A stretch of DNA of 64,000 nt, taken from Candidatus Saganbacteria bacterium (GTDB lineage: Bacteria; Margulisbacteria; WOR-1; XYC2-FULL-46-14; WPAF01). The notes under the pieces were generated by a model. The model was not told the DNA's origin, did not search any database, and saw nothing but the letters and a program-made list of their open reading frames with translations. Shown here piece after piece: positions 8,452 through 17,728 of the stretch. The position numbers and the translations under genes are program-made. The DNA lies in contig WPAF01000003.1 of the NCBI GenBank assembly GCA_009772965.1, forward strand, positions 977 to 64,976, read 5' to 3'. Each line of letters starts with the position of its first letter. The first letter of the stretch is position 1.

Positions 8452-10949
8452 TGGTTAAGAAAAGATCGGCATCTCCCGGAAGCCAAGACCCAAAAGAAGT
8501 AAATTTGCACGGAAAAATTGTTCAAACGACCATAGAACATGAGATGAAATCATCATACATTGACTACGCTATGAGCGTTATTGTGGGCAGGGCGCTTCCT
8601 GACGCGAGAGACGGATTAAAGCCAGTCCATCGCAGGATACTTTTTGCCATGGACGATTTGGGGCTTCACCCAAACAAGGCATACAAAAAATCCGCCAGGG
8701 TTGTTGGTGAAACTTTAGGAAAATACCATCCCCATGGAGATCTCTCCGTATACGACGCTATGGTTCGCATGGCGCAGGAATTCTCAATGAGATATATGCT
8801 GGTGGATGGGCAGGGCAATTTTGGGTCAGTAGACGGAGATTCTGCCGCGGCGATGAGATATACAGAAGTGCGCTTAATGCGCATGGCTTCGGAGATGCTG
8901 AATGATATTGAAAAAGAAACCGTAAATTTTGGGCCAAACTTTGACGAATCATTGCAAGAGCCGCTGGTTCTCCCTTCAAAATTTCCAAACCTCCTGGTAA
9001 ATGGCTCTTCGGGAATCGCGGTCGGCATGGCAACAAATATTCCGCCGCAAAATTTGTCTGAAGCTATTGATGGAATTATCGCAACTATAGAGAATCCTGA
9101 GATAACAGCAGAAGACCTGATAAAAATCGTAAAGGGGCCGGATTTTCCAACCGGCGGATTAATTTGCGGGAAACAAGCGATAAAAGACGCCTATCTTACC
9201 GGCAGAGGATTGATAACTGTTCGGGCAAGAGTTGAAACAGAAGAAATTCGCGGCGATAAAACCGCAATCATAGTCAAAGAACTGCCTTACCAGGTAAACA
9301 AGGCAGAATTAATTATAGCAATCGCGAATCTGGTAAAAGAGAAAAAAATAGTCGGGATATCGGATTTAAGAGACGAGTCAGACAGGGACGGCATGAGAAT
9401 TTATATTGAGCTAAAGCGCGACGTAAATTCTGAAGTGGTCTTAAACCAGCTTTACAAGCGGACAAACATGCAGACCACTTTTGGCGTCAATATGGTTGCG
9501 CTGGTTGATGGCGTTCCCAAGCTTTTAACCTTAAAAGATTTGATAAGCGTATTTATTAAACACAGGGAAGACGTTGTAACCAGAAGGACAAAATTCGAAC
9601 TGAAAAAAGCAGAAGAGCAGGCGCACATATTAGAAGGGATCTTGATCTGCCTTTCAAATCTTGACGCCGTAATTAAACTTATCCGAGGCAGCAAGAATGT
9701 TGATGAAGCGCGGGAAGGCTTACAGAAAAAATTTGAATTGAGCCAGATCCAAGCGCAGGCAATCCTTGACATGAAGCTGCAAAAATTAACCCAATTGGAA
9801 AGAGAAAAAATTGAAGAAGAACATAAGGCGCTTCAAAAGCTTATCGCGGAATTGAAAAAAATCCTTTCGGACATAAAAGAAATTTTGAAAATAATTGTCA
9901 AAGAATTGAATGAAATTAAAGAAGCCTATGGAGACAAAAGAAGAACCTCGCTGGTCGGAGCCGCGGAGGATATTTCTATTGAGGAACTAATCCCGGAAAT
10001 GGAAGTGGCAATATTATTTACCAGGGACGGATATATAAAACGAATGCCTGTTAGCGCCTTTAGGTCTCAGCTTAGGGGAGGCCGCGGAGTGAGCGGCATG
10101 GCAACCAGGGAAGAGGATCAAATAGATAAAATGTTTGTTTCTTCCACGCACAGCTATATATTATTTTTTACAAACAAGGGCAAGGTGCATAAAGTAAAAG
10201 TTTTTGAACTTCCGGAGGCAAGCCGGGCGGGAAAGGGCTCAAGCATTGCCAACTTTTTGCAAGTAGGAGAAGGGGAAAAGATTACCTCCGCCGTGCAAGT
10301 GGACACCTTTGACAAGAAAACCTTTCTCATGATGGCAACAACCATGGGAATGATTAAAAAAGTAGCAGTTCAAGACTTCCAAAACATAAGAAAATCCGGG
10401 ATTAACGCGATAAAACTAAAAGAAACAAATGAGCTTGATTGGGTAGAAGAAACAGACGGAAGCCAAGAGGTATTGCTTGGCACGCAAAGCGGATTAATGA
10501 TTCGATTCAACGAAAAAACGGTAAGAGCCATGGGCAGGACGGCTTCGGGTGTTAGGGGCATTAGAATTGGCAAAGGGGATAAGGTTGTTTCGATGGGTAT
10601 TGTAAAGCCAAAAGGCGACCTGCTTGTAATTTCAGACCACGGCTTTGGGAAGAGGATGAAGATGGATGAGTTTGGCGTGCAGGGCAGGGGAGGAAAGGGC
10701 CATATAGCGATAAAATTGCGGGATAATGACAAGGTTGCCGGAATGATGGTTATTGATAATGATGATGAGTTGCTTTTTGTTACCGCAAAGGGGACAATGA
10801 GCAGGCAAGCGGCGTCAGGGATATCCACCCAGGGCAGATATGCAAAAGGCGTCCGCATCCAGAGAATGGATGAAGGGGATAGTGTTGTAGCCTTGGCCAG
10901 AGTGGTTAAAAAGGAAGAAATAAACTTGGAGGCGAAAAATGAAGGATGA
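8451..10949 (+). CDS. gyrA: DNA gyrase subunit A
   Basis: 832 aa with [11 protein letters not shown], the AAMRYTE active-site Tyr region and C-terminal beta-pinwheel repeats. Confidence 0.97.
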   Translation: MVKKRSASPGSQDPKEVNLHGKIVQTTIEHEMKSSYIDYAMSVIVGRALPDARDGLKPVHRRILFAMDDLGLHPNKAYKKSARVVGETLGKYHPHGDLSVYDAMVRMAQEFSMRYMLVDGQGNFGSVDGDSAAAMRYTEVRLMRMASEMLNDIEKETVNFGPNFDESLQEPLVLPSKFPNLLVNGSSGIAVGMATNIPPQNLSEAIDGIIATIENPEITAEDLIKIVKGPDFPTGGLICGKQAIKDAYLTGRGLITVRARVETEEIRGDKTAIIVKELPYQVNKAELIIAIANLVKEKKIVGISDLRDESDRDGMRIYIELKRDVNSEVVLNQLYKRTNMQTTFGVNMVALVDGVPKLLTLKDLISVFIKHREDVVTRRTKFELKKAEEQAHILEGILICLSNLDAVIKLIRGSKNVDEAREGLQKKFELSQIQAQAILDMKLQKLTQLEREKIEEEHKALQKLIAELKKILSDIKEILKIIVKELNEIKEAYGDKRRTSLVGAAEDISIEELIPEMEVAILFTRDGYIKRMPVSAFRSQLRGGRGVSGMATREEDQIDKMFVSSTHSYILFFTNKGKVHKVKVFELPEASRAGKGSSIANFLQVGEGEKITSAVQVDTFDKKTFLMMATTMGMIKKVAVQDFQNIRKSGINAIKLKETNELDWVEETDGSQEVLLGTQSGLMIRFNEKTVRAMGRTASGVRGIRIGKGDKVVSMGIVKPKGDLLVISDHGFGKRMKMDEFGVQGRGGKGHIAIKLRDNDKVAGMMVIDNDDELLFVTAKGTMSRQAASGISTQGRYAKGVRIQRMDEGDSVVALARVVKKEEINLEAKNEG

Positions 10950-11166
10950 AATAAAAGAAATTGACATCAAGCAGAATGAAGGCGTTTTGGATAGAGCAAT
11001 AAGAATTATTGTTGGTCTTGTTTTGGTTTGGTTAGTTTTTTCTTTTAATGATATCCCCGCTTTTTCCTGGCTGATTTTGATAATTGGCTTAGTTTTGGTT
11101 GTTAATGGAGTAAGCGGAGTCAGCTTTATCTACTGGCTGCTTAAAATCAAAACAACAAAAAAATGA
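10939..11166 (+). CDS. DUF2892-type small membrane protein (YgaP-like TM domain)
   Basis: 75 aa with the [12 protein letters not shown] motif followed by two TM helices. Confidence 0.7.
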   Translation: MKDEIKEIDIKQNEGVLDRAIRIIVGLVLVWLVFSFNDIPAFSWLILIIGLVLVVNGVSGVSFIYWLLKIKTTKK

Positions 11167-11660
11167 AAGCAAAGAAAAACGGCAAAAATATTGTTTTAAT
11201 CGCAGTTTTATTGTTAGCTTTGTTTATCGGCTACAATTATATTTTCAACAGCAAGCCAAAAATTAAAATATATTTTATGAAAGGCGAGGGCATTACTTCA
11301 GTAGAAAGAAGAATCCTAGAAAACGAAGATGTTTTAAAGCTTTGCGCAAAGGAACTTATCTCCGGCCCAACAAGCAATGAACAAAAAGACGACATCTTCA
11401 GCGAAATCCCGAACAAAGCAAAAATATTGGACATCAAAACAAACGAAGATGTTGTAGAAGTAATTTTTAATGAAGAACTGGAAAATTATGGCGGCGGCAG
11501 CGCAAGGGTGCAGGGGCTGATTTCACAAATAGTTTACACTTTTACAGAAATCCCCGGAATAAAACGAGTTAAAATTTCAGTTAGGGGAAGGGATGAAGTG
11601 GCCTTGGGAGGGGAAGGATACGTGATTGATAAGCCTCTTTCTAGGGAAGATTTAAGATAG
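11163..11660 (+). CDS. GerMN domain-containing protein
   Basis: 165 aa with an N-terminal TM/signal anchor. The GerMN-like core reads GGGSARVQGLISQIVYTFTEIPGIKRVKISV.G. Confidence 0.7.
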   Translation: MKAKKNGKNIVLIAVLLLALFIGYNYIFNSKPKIKIYFMKGEGITSVERRILENEDVLKLCAKELISGPTSNEQKDDIFSEIPNKAKILDIKTNEDVVEVIFNEELENYGGGSARVQGLISQIVYTFTEIPGIKRVKISVRGRDEVALGGEGYVIDKPLSREDLR

Positions 11661-11675
11661 CTCAATAAATTTCGC

Positions 11676-11731
11676 TTGACCTTTTTAAGTTCAGCTGTTA
11701 TTATTCATCCTACAAATGAGACAATATTGTC
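11676..11731 (+). promoter_or_regulatory. Sigma70-type promoter plus 12-bp palindrome upstream of the AbiE pair
   Basis: TTGACC (11676-11681), a 17-nt spacer, then TATTAT (11699-11704). The perfect palindrome GACAATATTGTC at 11720-11731 lies between the -10 and the start codon and is a candidate operator. Confidence 0.55.
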
Positions 11732-11749
11732 CTATATGGAGGATGTGTT

Positions 11750-12550
11750 ATGCTAAAAGATGAATTAAATGACCGAGCTAAGGAAGAAGGCCTCACACTA
11801 AAAATCCTCGAAAAGGAGGCTCTGCAAATTTACATCCTGAGCGAATTGTTCGCTCTGCCTGAATCAACATTGTTGACCTTTCAGGGCGGAACTTGCTTGC
11901 GGCTGGTATATGGCGGGGTGCGTTACTCGGAAGATCTGGACTTTTTGACAACCGCTGACAACGATACAATTTTCCTAATCATCAATAACCTGACAAAAGC
12001 GCTTGCTTGGCTGGAGCCGCTTTTTGGCGGGAAGTTCATTGTCAAAAAACAAAAGGAATCCTCAACTTTTTTTCGCTATCGAATTCACAGCGAGAAAGAA
12101 AATTATCATGATTCGTTCTTCGTAAGCGTAGAATTTGCCCGGTATCCGGCCTATACCCTAAACATTTCGTCCCTACATCTGCAAAGAGAATTGCCGGGAT
12201 TGCCGCTGACCCTGGTTCGAGCGGAAAAACCTGAAGAACTGCTGGCCGATAAATTGTGCGCCATTGCCGGCCGCCCTTTCTGCAAAGGGCGTGATTATTT
12301 TGATCTTTGGCTGTTAAAACAACAAGGCATCAAACTCAATTCTGAATTATTGGGAAAAAAACTCAAAGATTATAACATTCCTTCCTCCTGTTTGGCTCGC
12401 GGCCTGGAACTTGCTTCGGCAGAAAGCATTAAAAATGAAATGGAAAGATTTTTACCTCAAAAATATCGGAGACAGTTTGAAGCCAATGGCTATATTGGTA
12501 TGCTGCAAGAAGCGCAAGGGTTGATCAAAGAAGGAATACAAGCGCTATGA
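11750..12550 (+). CDS. AbiEii/AbiGii-family nucleotidyltransferase toxin (DUF1814)
   Basis: 266 aa. LTFQGGTCLRLVYGGVRYSEDLDF is the typical AbiEii NTase N-terminal signature. Confidence 0.8.
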   Translation: MLKDELNDRAKEEGLTLKILEKEALQIYILSELFALPESTLLTFQGGTCLRLVYGGVRYSEDLDFLTTADNDTIFLIINNLTKALAWLEPLFGGKFIVKKQKESSTFFRYRIHSEKENYHDSFFVSVEFARYPAYTLNISSLHLQRELPGLPLTLVRAEKPEELLADKLCAIAGRPFCKGRDYFDLWLLKQQGIKLNSELLGKKLKDYNIPSSCLARGLELASAESIKNEMERFLPQKYRRQFEANGYIGMLQEAQGLIKEGIQAL

Positions 12551-13134
12551 AAAATTATTTTACCTCCTCCTCCTGGATGGCTCTTTTGCAAAAATTGGGG
12601 AAGGAAAAACAAAAAATTCTGACCCCTCAAACACTGCAGCGGGCCAGCGGCTTAAGCCGTGAAGCAATATTAAAAGCCATCCAACGCCTGAGCCGGCGCG
12701 GTCAGTTGATCAAGCTTTATAAAAAGGCCTATGCCAATAAATTCTCCCCGCCTTCACTTGAAGAAGTAGCCATGTATTATGGCAAGCCCTGTTATGTTTC
12801 CTTTGAGAGCGCGCTTCAAAATTGCGGCATCATTTCGCAAGCGCCGCAAGTGCTGACCTGCGCAACCACGCGAAAATTAAAAAACCTAAGGACGCCGCTG
12901 GGAGAAATTATTTTCCATCACCTCAGCCCCCGCTTATTTATTAGTTTTGAAAATGATAAGGGGATACTTCGCGGTACAGCCGAAAAGGCCCTGCTGGATT
13001 ATTTATATATCAATCTAAAAAATAAAAAACATGCCCCCCCCCTGGATGAATTTAATCTTGAGCAATTGGATAAGAAAAAAATCAGGGGACTTCTTAAATA
13101 TTTTCCCCATAGCGTCCGGGACAGTTTAAGATAA
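12547..13134 (+). CDS. AbiEi-family antitoxin-like transcriptional regulator
   Basis: 195 aa. It has an N-terminal wHTH with the ...RRGQLIKLYKKAY pattern and a C-terminal PCYVSFESALQ...AEKALLDYLY pattern. Its ATGA overlaps the toxin gene. Confidence 0.7.
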   Translation: MKNYFTSSSWMALLQKLGKEKQKILTPQTLQRASGLSREAILKAIQRLSRRGQLIKLYKKAYANKFSPPSLEEVAMYYGKPCYVSFESALQNCGIISQAPQVLTCATTRKLKNLRTPLGEIIFHHLSPRLFISFENDKGILRGTAEKALLDYLYINLKNKKHAPPLDEFNLEQLDKKKIRGLLKYFPHSVRDSLR

Positions 13135-14268
13135 TTCAGTAGAGCAAACCAAAAAATAATCTTTTAATTCAGGATAAAATTGTTTTAAGCTAATCCCTTT
13201 ATTTGCTTTTGTCACAAATTCCTTAAATGTCGGGGCGGAAAAGGGAGAGCCCAATTCTTTTTTCAGCTTGTTTGATTTTCTAAGGCAAATCTCCGCGACT
13301 TTTTTTAAACCATTTTTCCCCATCAATGAAAGATAAACACAGGCGGCTAAAGCGCAGAGCGCTTCATTGCTGCAAATATTGCTGGGCGCGCGTTCGCGCC
13401 TAATATGCTGTTCCCTTGTCTGCAGGGTTAGTGTATAGCCCTGCTTTCCTTCTAAATCAACCGTCTTTCCAACAAGACGGCCGGGAATTTGCCTAATAAG
13501 AGTATTTTTTACTGTAAAAATTCCAAGCCCCGGACCTCCGAAATTTCTCGCATTCCCTAGCGATTGCCCTTCGCCAACTACAATATCCGCGCCATATTCT
13601 CCAGGGGGCTTAAGAATTCCCAAAGATATTGGGTCAACAGAAACAATAAAAAGGGCGCCGGCCGCATGAGCTTTGTCCGCCAGCGATAAAACATCTTCGA
13701 TACAGCCAAAAAAATTCGGCTGGGAAATTATATAAGCCGCGCAGGATTTATCTATTCCAACATCGATAGTTTTTCCAGATTTATTATCAAAGGGAACCTC
13801 TTCAATTTCAAACTCCGCGCTTGCGGCGTAAGTTTTTAATGCTTTGCGGTGGTTTGGATGGAGGGCAGATGAAACAAGAACCTTGTTTCTGCCAGTATGC
13901 CTTAATGCAAGAAGAACAGCTTCGGCAAGGGCGGTTGCCCCGTCATACATGCTGGCATTGGCAACATCCATTGCAGTTAAAGCGCAGATAAGGGATTGGT
14001 ATTCATAAATTACCTGCAGTGTGCCCTGGCTGGCTTCGGCCTGGTAGGGGGTGTAAGCAGTATAAAACTCGCTTCTGCCGACAATATGTTTTAGCGCTGA
14101 TGGGATAAAATGATTATAACAGCCCGCGCCAAGATTGCTTGCCGCCTTAATGTTTTTTTGGCTTAAATTTTCCAAATCGTTGAGGAGTTCTGGTTCAGAA
14201 AGGCCGTCTGGCAGGGATAAAGCGTGTTTTAATTTGACTGATTCGGGGACGTCGTTAAAAAAAGTCAT
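13126..14268 (-). CDS. gcvPA: Glycine dehydrogenase (decarboxylating) subunit 1, shortened at both ends
   Basis: 380 aa with the core motifs YTPYQAE.SQG and REQHIRRE.A.SNICSN. By recollection typical GcvPA proteins are longer at both termini. Confidence 0.85.
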   Translation of the reverse strand: MTFFNDVPESVKLKHALSLPDGLSEPELLNDLENLSQKNIKAASNLGAGCYNHFIPSALKHIVGRSEFYTAYTPYQAEASQGTLQVIYEYQSLICALTAMDVANASMYDGATALAEAVLLALRHTGRNKVLVSSALHPNHRKALKTYAASAEFEIEEVPFDNKSGKTIDVGIDKSCAAYIISQPNFFGCIEDVLSLADKAHAAGALFIVSVDPISLGILKPPGEYGADIVVGEGQSLGNARNFGGPGLGIFTVKNTLIRQIPGRLVGKTVDLEGKQGYTLTLQTREQHIRRERAPSNICSNEALCALAACVYLSLMGKNGLKKVAEICLRKSNKLKKELGSPFSAPTFKEFVTKANKGISLKQFYPELKDYFLVCSTELS

Positions 14269-14270
14269 TT

Positions 14271-14645
14271 TTAGAGCAAAGCTTCGTAGTTATTTTGGCT
14301 TAAAAGATTTTTTAATTCTTCCTGGTTGGAAATTTTAACTTTTATAATCCAGCCGTTATCATACGGCGAGGTGTTTACCAACTCCGGATGCTTGGCCAGC
14401 TCCTGGTTGATCTCAATAACTTTACCCGAAACAGGGCTATAAAGGGTAGAAACTGTTTTAATTGACTCGACAACCCCAAACTCATCCATTTGCTTAAGCT
14501 CTGCTCCAACCTTTGGCAGCTCAACAAAAACTACATCGCCCAAGGCATCCTGCGCGAACCAGGTAATTCCGATAGTTGCCAAATCTCCATCAACTTTTGC
14601 CCATTCATGTTCTTTGGAATATAAAAGATTGCCGGGGTAATTCAT
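14271..14645 (-). CDS. gcvH: Glycine cleavage system H protein
   Basis: 124 aa with the lipoyl-lysine context VESIKTVS and an N-terminal YSKEHEW motif. Confidence 0.93.
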   Translation of the reverse strand: MNYPGNLLYSKEHEWAKVDGDLATIGITWFAQDALGDVVFVELPKVGAELKQMDEFGVVESIKTVSTLYSPVSGKVIEINQELAKHPELVNTSPYDNGWIIKVKISNQEELKNLLSQNNYEALL

Positions 14646-14646
14646 A

Positions 14647-14919
14647 TTAAGTCCTTTCTATTTTTGACAGGCGGTATTTTGAATAAAGAAAAATTGACCC
14701 GGAAATAAGCATCCTGGCCAAGCTGTCAAACATCCTGTCCTGGGCAACCCGCTGTTGATAATACTCATCCATCGCAGGCTCGGAGCTTTTTTCTTGAAGA
14801 GCCATGAATTTCCCCGTTGTTAAATTGATGGAAGCAGAAACAAAATCAATTGCACCCCAAAGAAGGATAAAAAAAGTAATCAGCGAAATAATATAATAGT
14901 AAATTTTTTTATATTCCAT
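14647..14919 (-). CDS. Hypothetical small 2-TM membrane protein inserted between gcvT and gcvH
   Basis: 90-aa ORF with two hydrophobic helices, tightly packed in the operon. No motif recognised. Confidence 0.55.
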   Translation of the reverse strand: MEYKKIYYYIISLITFFILLWGAIDFVSASINLTTGKFMALQEKSSEPAMDEYYQQRVAQDRMFDSLARMLISGSIFLYSKYRLSKIERT

Positions 14920-14931
14920 TCAGATTATATT

Positions 14932-15966
14932 TTATAACAATTTTTTGCTTGTGACAACTGCTGAATATTTTTGCCCCCGGATTTCAATCTCAACTTCCGT
15001 TTGTAGTTGGGCAAATTGGGGCTTGATGTAGGCCAGGGCAACGGGCATTTTTAAAACTGGAGAAAAAGTGCCTGATGTCACCCAGCCGATATTAGCGCCG
15101 CCCGACAAAACATTAAAATGCTCCCTAGGGATATTTCTATCTTTTAATTTTAATCCCACAAGCTTGTAAGGAGCGCCAGATTCTTTTAATTTTAAGAGGG
15201 CGGCTTTGCCGATAAAATCGGGCTTGTTAAACTTTACCGCCCACGAGTAGCCCGCGGCTATCGGAGAAATTTCGTTGTTATATTCATGCCCATAGAGAGG
15301 TAGCCCGGCCTCAAGCCGCAGGGTATCCCTTGCTCCAAGTCCGCAAGGAGGGATATTTTTTTCTAAAATTTCTTTCCATAAGCTCGCGGCCTTTTCATTC
15401 TCTACAAAAAACTCAAACCCATCCTCACCCGTATATCCCGTCCGCGAAACAACAATCCCCTTCCATTCAACCGTATGGTTGTGCGGCAATGAAACAGGGA
15501 GCCCGGGGAAGGCCTCTTTTGCCCCGTGCCCCTGCAGGGAAATCATAGAGATATCTTTCCTGTGGACAACATTTGCTCTTTCTTTTTGGTGGGAGGCAAA
15601 ATGCGCCAAGACTTTTTCTGTATTTGAAGCATTAACTACCAGGCGAAAAAATCCTTTGAGGCGATAAACTAAAATATCATCGATAACACCGCCGGCCTCG
15701 TTGCATAAGATAGAATACTGGCATTCGTTTTCAGCCAAAAGCGACGCGTCGTTTGTTGCGAGATATTGGAGGAAGGGGAGGGCGTTTGCCCCTGATATAT
15801 CAATGATCCCCATATGCCCAATATCAAAAACGCCGCAATTATCTCTAACTGCCAGATGTTCTAAAACAATGCCCGCGTATAAAACCGGCATTTCCCAGCC
15901 GGCAAAGGGCACCATTTTTGCGCCTAATTTTATATGTTCGTTGTAAAGAGCTGTTCTTTTTAGCAT
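14932..15966 (-). CDS. gcvT: Aminomethyltransferase (glycine cleavage T protein)
   Basis: 344 aa with LKRT.LY..H..LGAKMV.FAGWEMPV.Y and GYTGEDGFE motifs. Confidence 0.93.
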   Translation of the reverse strand: MLKRTALYNEHIKLGAKMVPFAGWEMPVLYAGIVLEHLAVRDNCGVFDIGHMGIIDISGANALPFLQYLATNDASLLAENECQYSILCNEAGGVIDDILVYRLKGFFRLVVNASNTEKVLAHFASHQKERANVVHRKDISMISLQGHGAKEAFPGLPVSLPHNHTVEWKGIVVSRTGYTGEDGFEFFVENEKAASLWKEILEKNIPPCGLGARDTLRLEAGLPLYGHEYNNEISPIAAGYSWAVKFNKPDFIGKAALLKLKESGAPYKLVGLKLKDRNIPREHFNVLSGGANIGWVTSGTFSPVLKMPVALAYIKPQFAQLQTEVEIEIRGQKYSAVVTSKKLL

Positions 15967-15973
15967 AAATATA

Positions 15974-17026
15974 TTATTTTAATAAAGAAACAAACTTCTT
16001 GTTTTGCGCCGGCAAACCGATTGAAACCCTTATTGCTTGCGGCAGGCCAAACGATTGAAGCGAGCGGATAATTACGCCTTTTTCAACCATGCTTTTGGCG
16101 AATTCTTCGGCAGGCCTTTTTAAATTCACAAAGATAAAATTCGCCTCGGTCTTTTTATAATCAATTTCCAGCTTGTCAAACTCAGAATAAAAGTATTTCT
16201 TCCCCTCAGCGTTATTCTTGAAAGTTTTTTCTAAAAACTTTTTGTCGTCAAGCGCGGCAACGGCGGCTGCTTGCGCGAGGCGGTTGACATTAAAAGGCAT
16301 TTTTACTTTAAACAACGGCGCCAACAATTCTTTTGGCCCTATGCCATAGCCGATCCTAATCCCCGCCAGCCCATAAAATTTTGAAAAAGTGCGCAGGGCA
16401 ATTACATTTCTTCCCTGCTTGATATATTTTAAGACATCCGGATAATCTTTACTTTCAACAAACTCGGCGTAGGCCTCATCTACTACCACTATGATATTTT
16501 CAGGAATGTTTTTCATAAATGAATCAAATTCGCCGGCAGTGAAAATAGTCCCGGTAGGATTGTTTGGATTTGTTAAAAAGATAATCTTCGTTTTGCTTGT
16601 TATAGCCGAAGAGATCGCCCCAAGATCAACGGCAAATTCTTTAAGATCCACAAAAACGGCATTTCCATCATAGATTTTAGAAACAAGCTCGTATACGCTG
16701 AATGTGTTTTTTGAAATTATTACTTCGTCGCCTTGATTAATATATGAAGCCGCGAGAACCTGCATAATATCGTCAGACCCGTTGCCGCAGACAAAACATT
16801 CTGCGGGCAGTGAGAATTTATTTGAAAGCGCTTCTCTTAATTTATTTGAGCTTTGGTCGGGGTATATGTGAAGATTGCTTGTTTCTTTTTTTATTGCTTC
16901 AAGCGCCTTTGGCGACGGGCCAAAGGGATTTTCATTTGAAGCAAGCTTAATCAGCCCGGAGATAGTTTTTCCAGGGACATAAGCTTTTATCTCTCTTATA
17001 TTTTTTCGGAGCAAGGATTCATTCAT
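15974..17026 (-). CDS. hisC: Histidinol-phosphate aminotransferase
   Basis: 350 aa, class-II aminotransferase. PLP-lysine context TFSKFYGLAGIRIGY, with an N-terminal ASNENP motif. Confidence 0.88.
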   Translation of the reverse strand: MNESLLRKNIREIKAYVPGKTISGLIKLASNENPFGPSPKALEAIKKETSNLHIYPDQSSNKLREALSNKFSLPAECFVCGNGSDDIMQVLAASYINQGDEVIISKNTFSVYELVSKIYDGNAVFVDLKEFAVDLGAISSAITSKTKIIFLTNPNNPTGTIFTAGEFDSFMKNIPENIIVVVDEAYAEFVESKDYPDVLKYIKQGRNVIALRTFSKFYGLAGIRIGYGIGPKELLAPLFKVKMPFNVNRLAQAAAVAALDDKKFLEKTFKNNAEGKKYFYSEFDKLEIDYKKTEANFIFVNLKRPAEEFAKSMVEKGVIIRSLQSFGLPQAIRVSIGLPAQNKKFVSLLK

Positions 17027-17727
17027 TAAAAGGGATTAATCCAGCTGATGCCAAAAAGAACCTGCTTGGGATCTTTTCCCAGCTGGTTGGCATTATTGGT
17101 GTCGCCAAAAATATTTATTGCCCGGACGTCAATTGCAAATGTCGGCAGAAGCTTAACCCGGACGCCGCCGTTGATTTGGACCAAACTTTCTCCGGCAAAT
17201 AAGTCAGCAAGGATTGAAAAAGCATCCATAGGGACGTCTATCCCCGCCATGCCCAATGGGCGGAACCTGTTGCCGGGAAAATCGGCCAAAAAGCCGAATG
17301 AGAGGCGCGGCCCTTGTTTAAAAGGCTTGGTGGCAACCATGTAAAGGGCGGTCTGGGTTTTGCTGGCAAGGTTTTCAACTCCAATGGCAAGCAGTAACGG
17401 ATCGCTCCCGTCGCCGATGCCGGGGGAATATTTCATGTTGATAAAAACGCCTTCGCGCAATTCTTTTCCGGTTTGATTCAATCCCCCCACAAGCCCCAGC
17501 TCAAAATTTTGGAAGGTGCCAAGGTTTGCCTTGTAATACAATGTGGGGATCTGGTTATTTGCGTATTGGGAGCCGTAATCAACAGAAATGTTCCAGTTTT
17601 TATAAGGAAGCACTGTGGCGTCGGGAATGCGAGTCAGTCCGGATGCGCCCGTTAAAGATGGAAAAGGGAAATAAGCAAAAGAGGGGAGGGAAAGGCAAAG
17701 AAAAAGCAGGCAAATTAATTTTTTCAT
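17026..17727 (-). CDS. Putative outer-membrane beta-barrel protein (unknown family)
   Basis: 233 aa with a cleavable signal peptide (LSLPSFA), alternating beta-strand-like pattern and C-terminal aromatic residue (..WINPF). Confidence 0.6.
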   Translation of the reverse strand: MKKLICLLFLCLSLPSFAYFPFPSLTGASGLTRIPDATVLPYKNWNISVDYGSQYANNQIPTLYYKANLGTFQNFELGLVGGLNQTGKELREGVFINMKYSPGIGDGSDPLLLAIGVENLASKTQTALYMVATKPFKQGPRLSFGFLADFPGNRFRPLGMAGIDVPMDAFSILADLFAGESLVQINGGVRVKLLPTFAIDVRAINIFGDTNNANQLGKDPKQVLFGISWINPF

Positions 17728-17728
17728 T

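Noticed and set aside
6402-8540. Multiple 60-146-aa ORFs antisense to or out of frame with gyrB (for example 6548-6988 and 7180-7500).
   Set aside because: These are shadow ORFs within a conserved gene. Their translations are Pro/Arg/Leu-rich nonsense.
15967-15973. Expected glycine riboswitch upstream of gcvT.
   Set aside because: Only 7 nt separate gcvT from hisC, so there is no room for a riboswitch. The operon is evidently transcribed with hisC.
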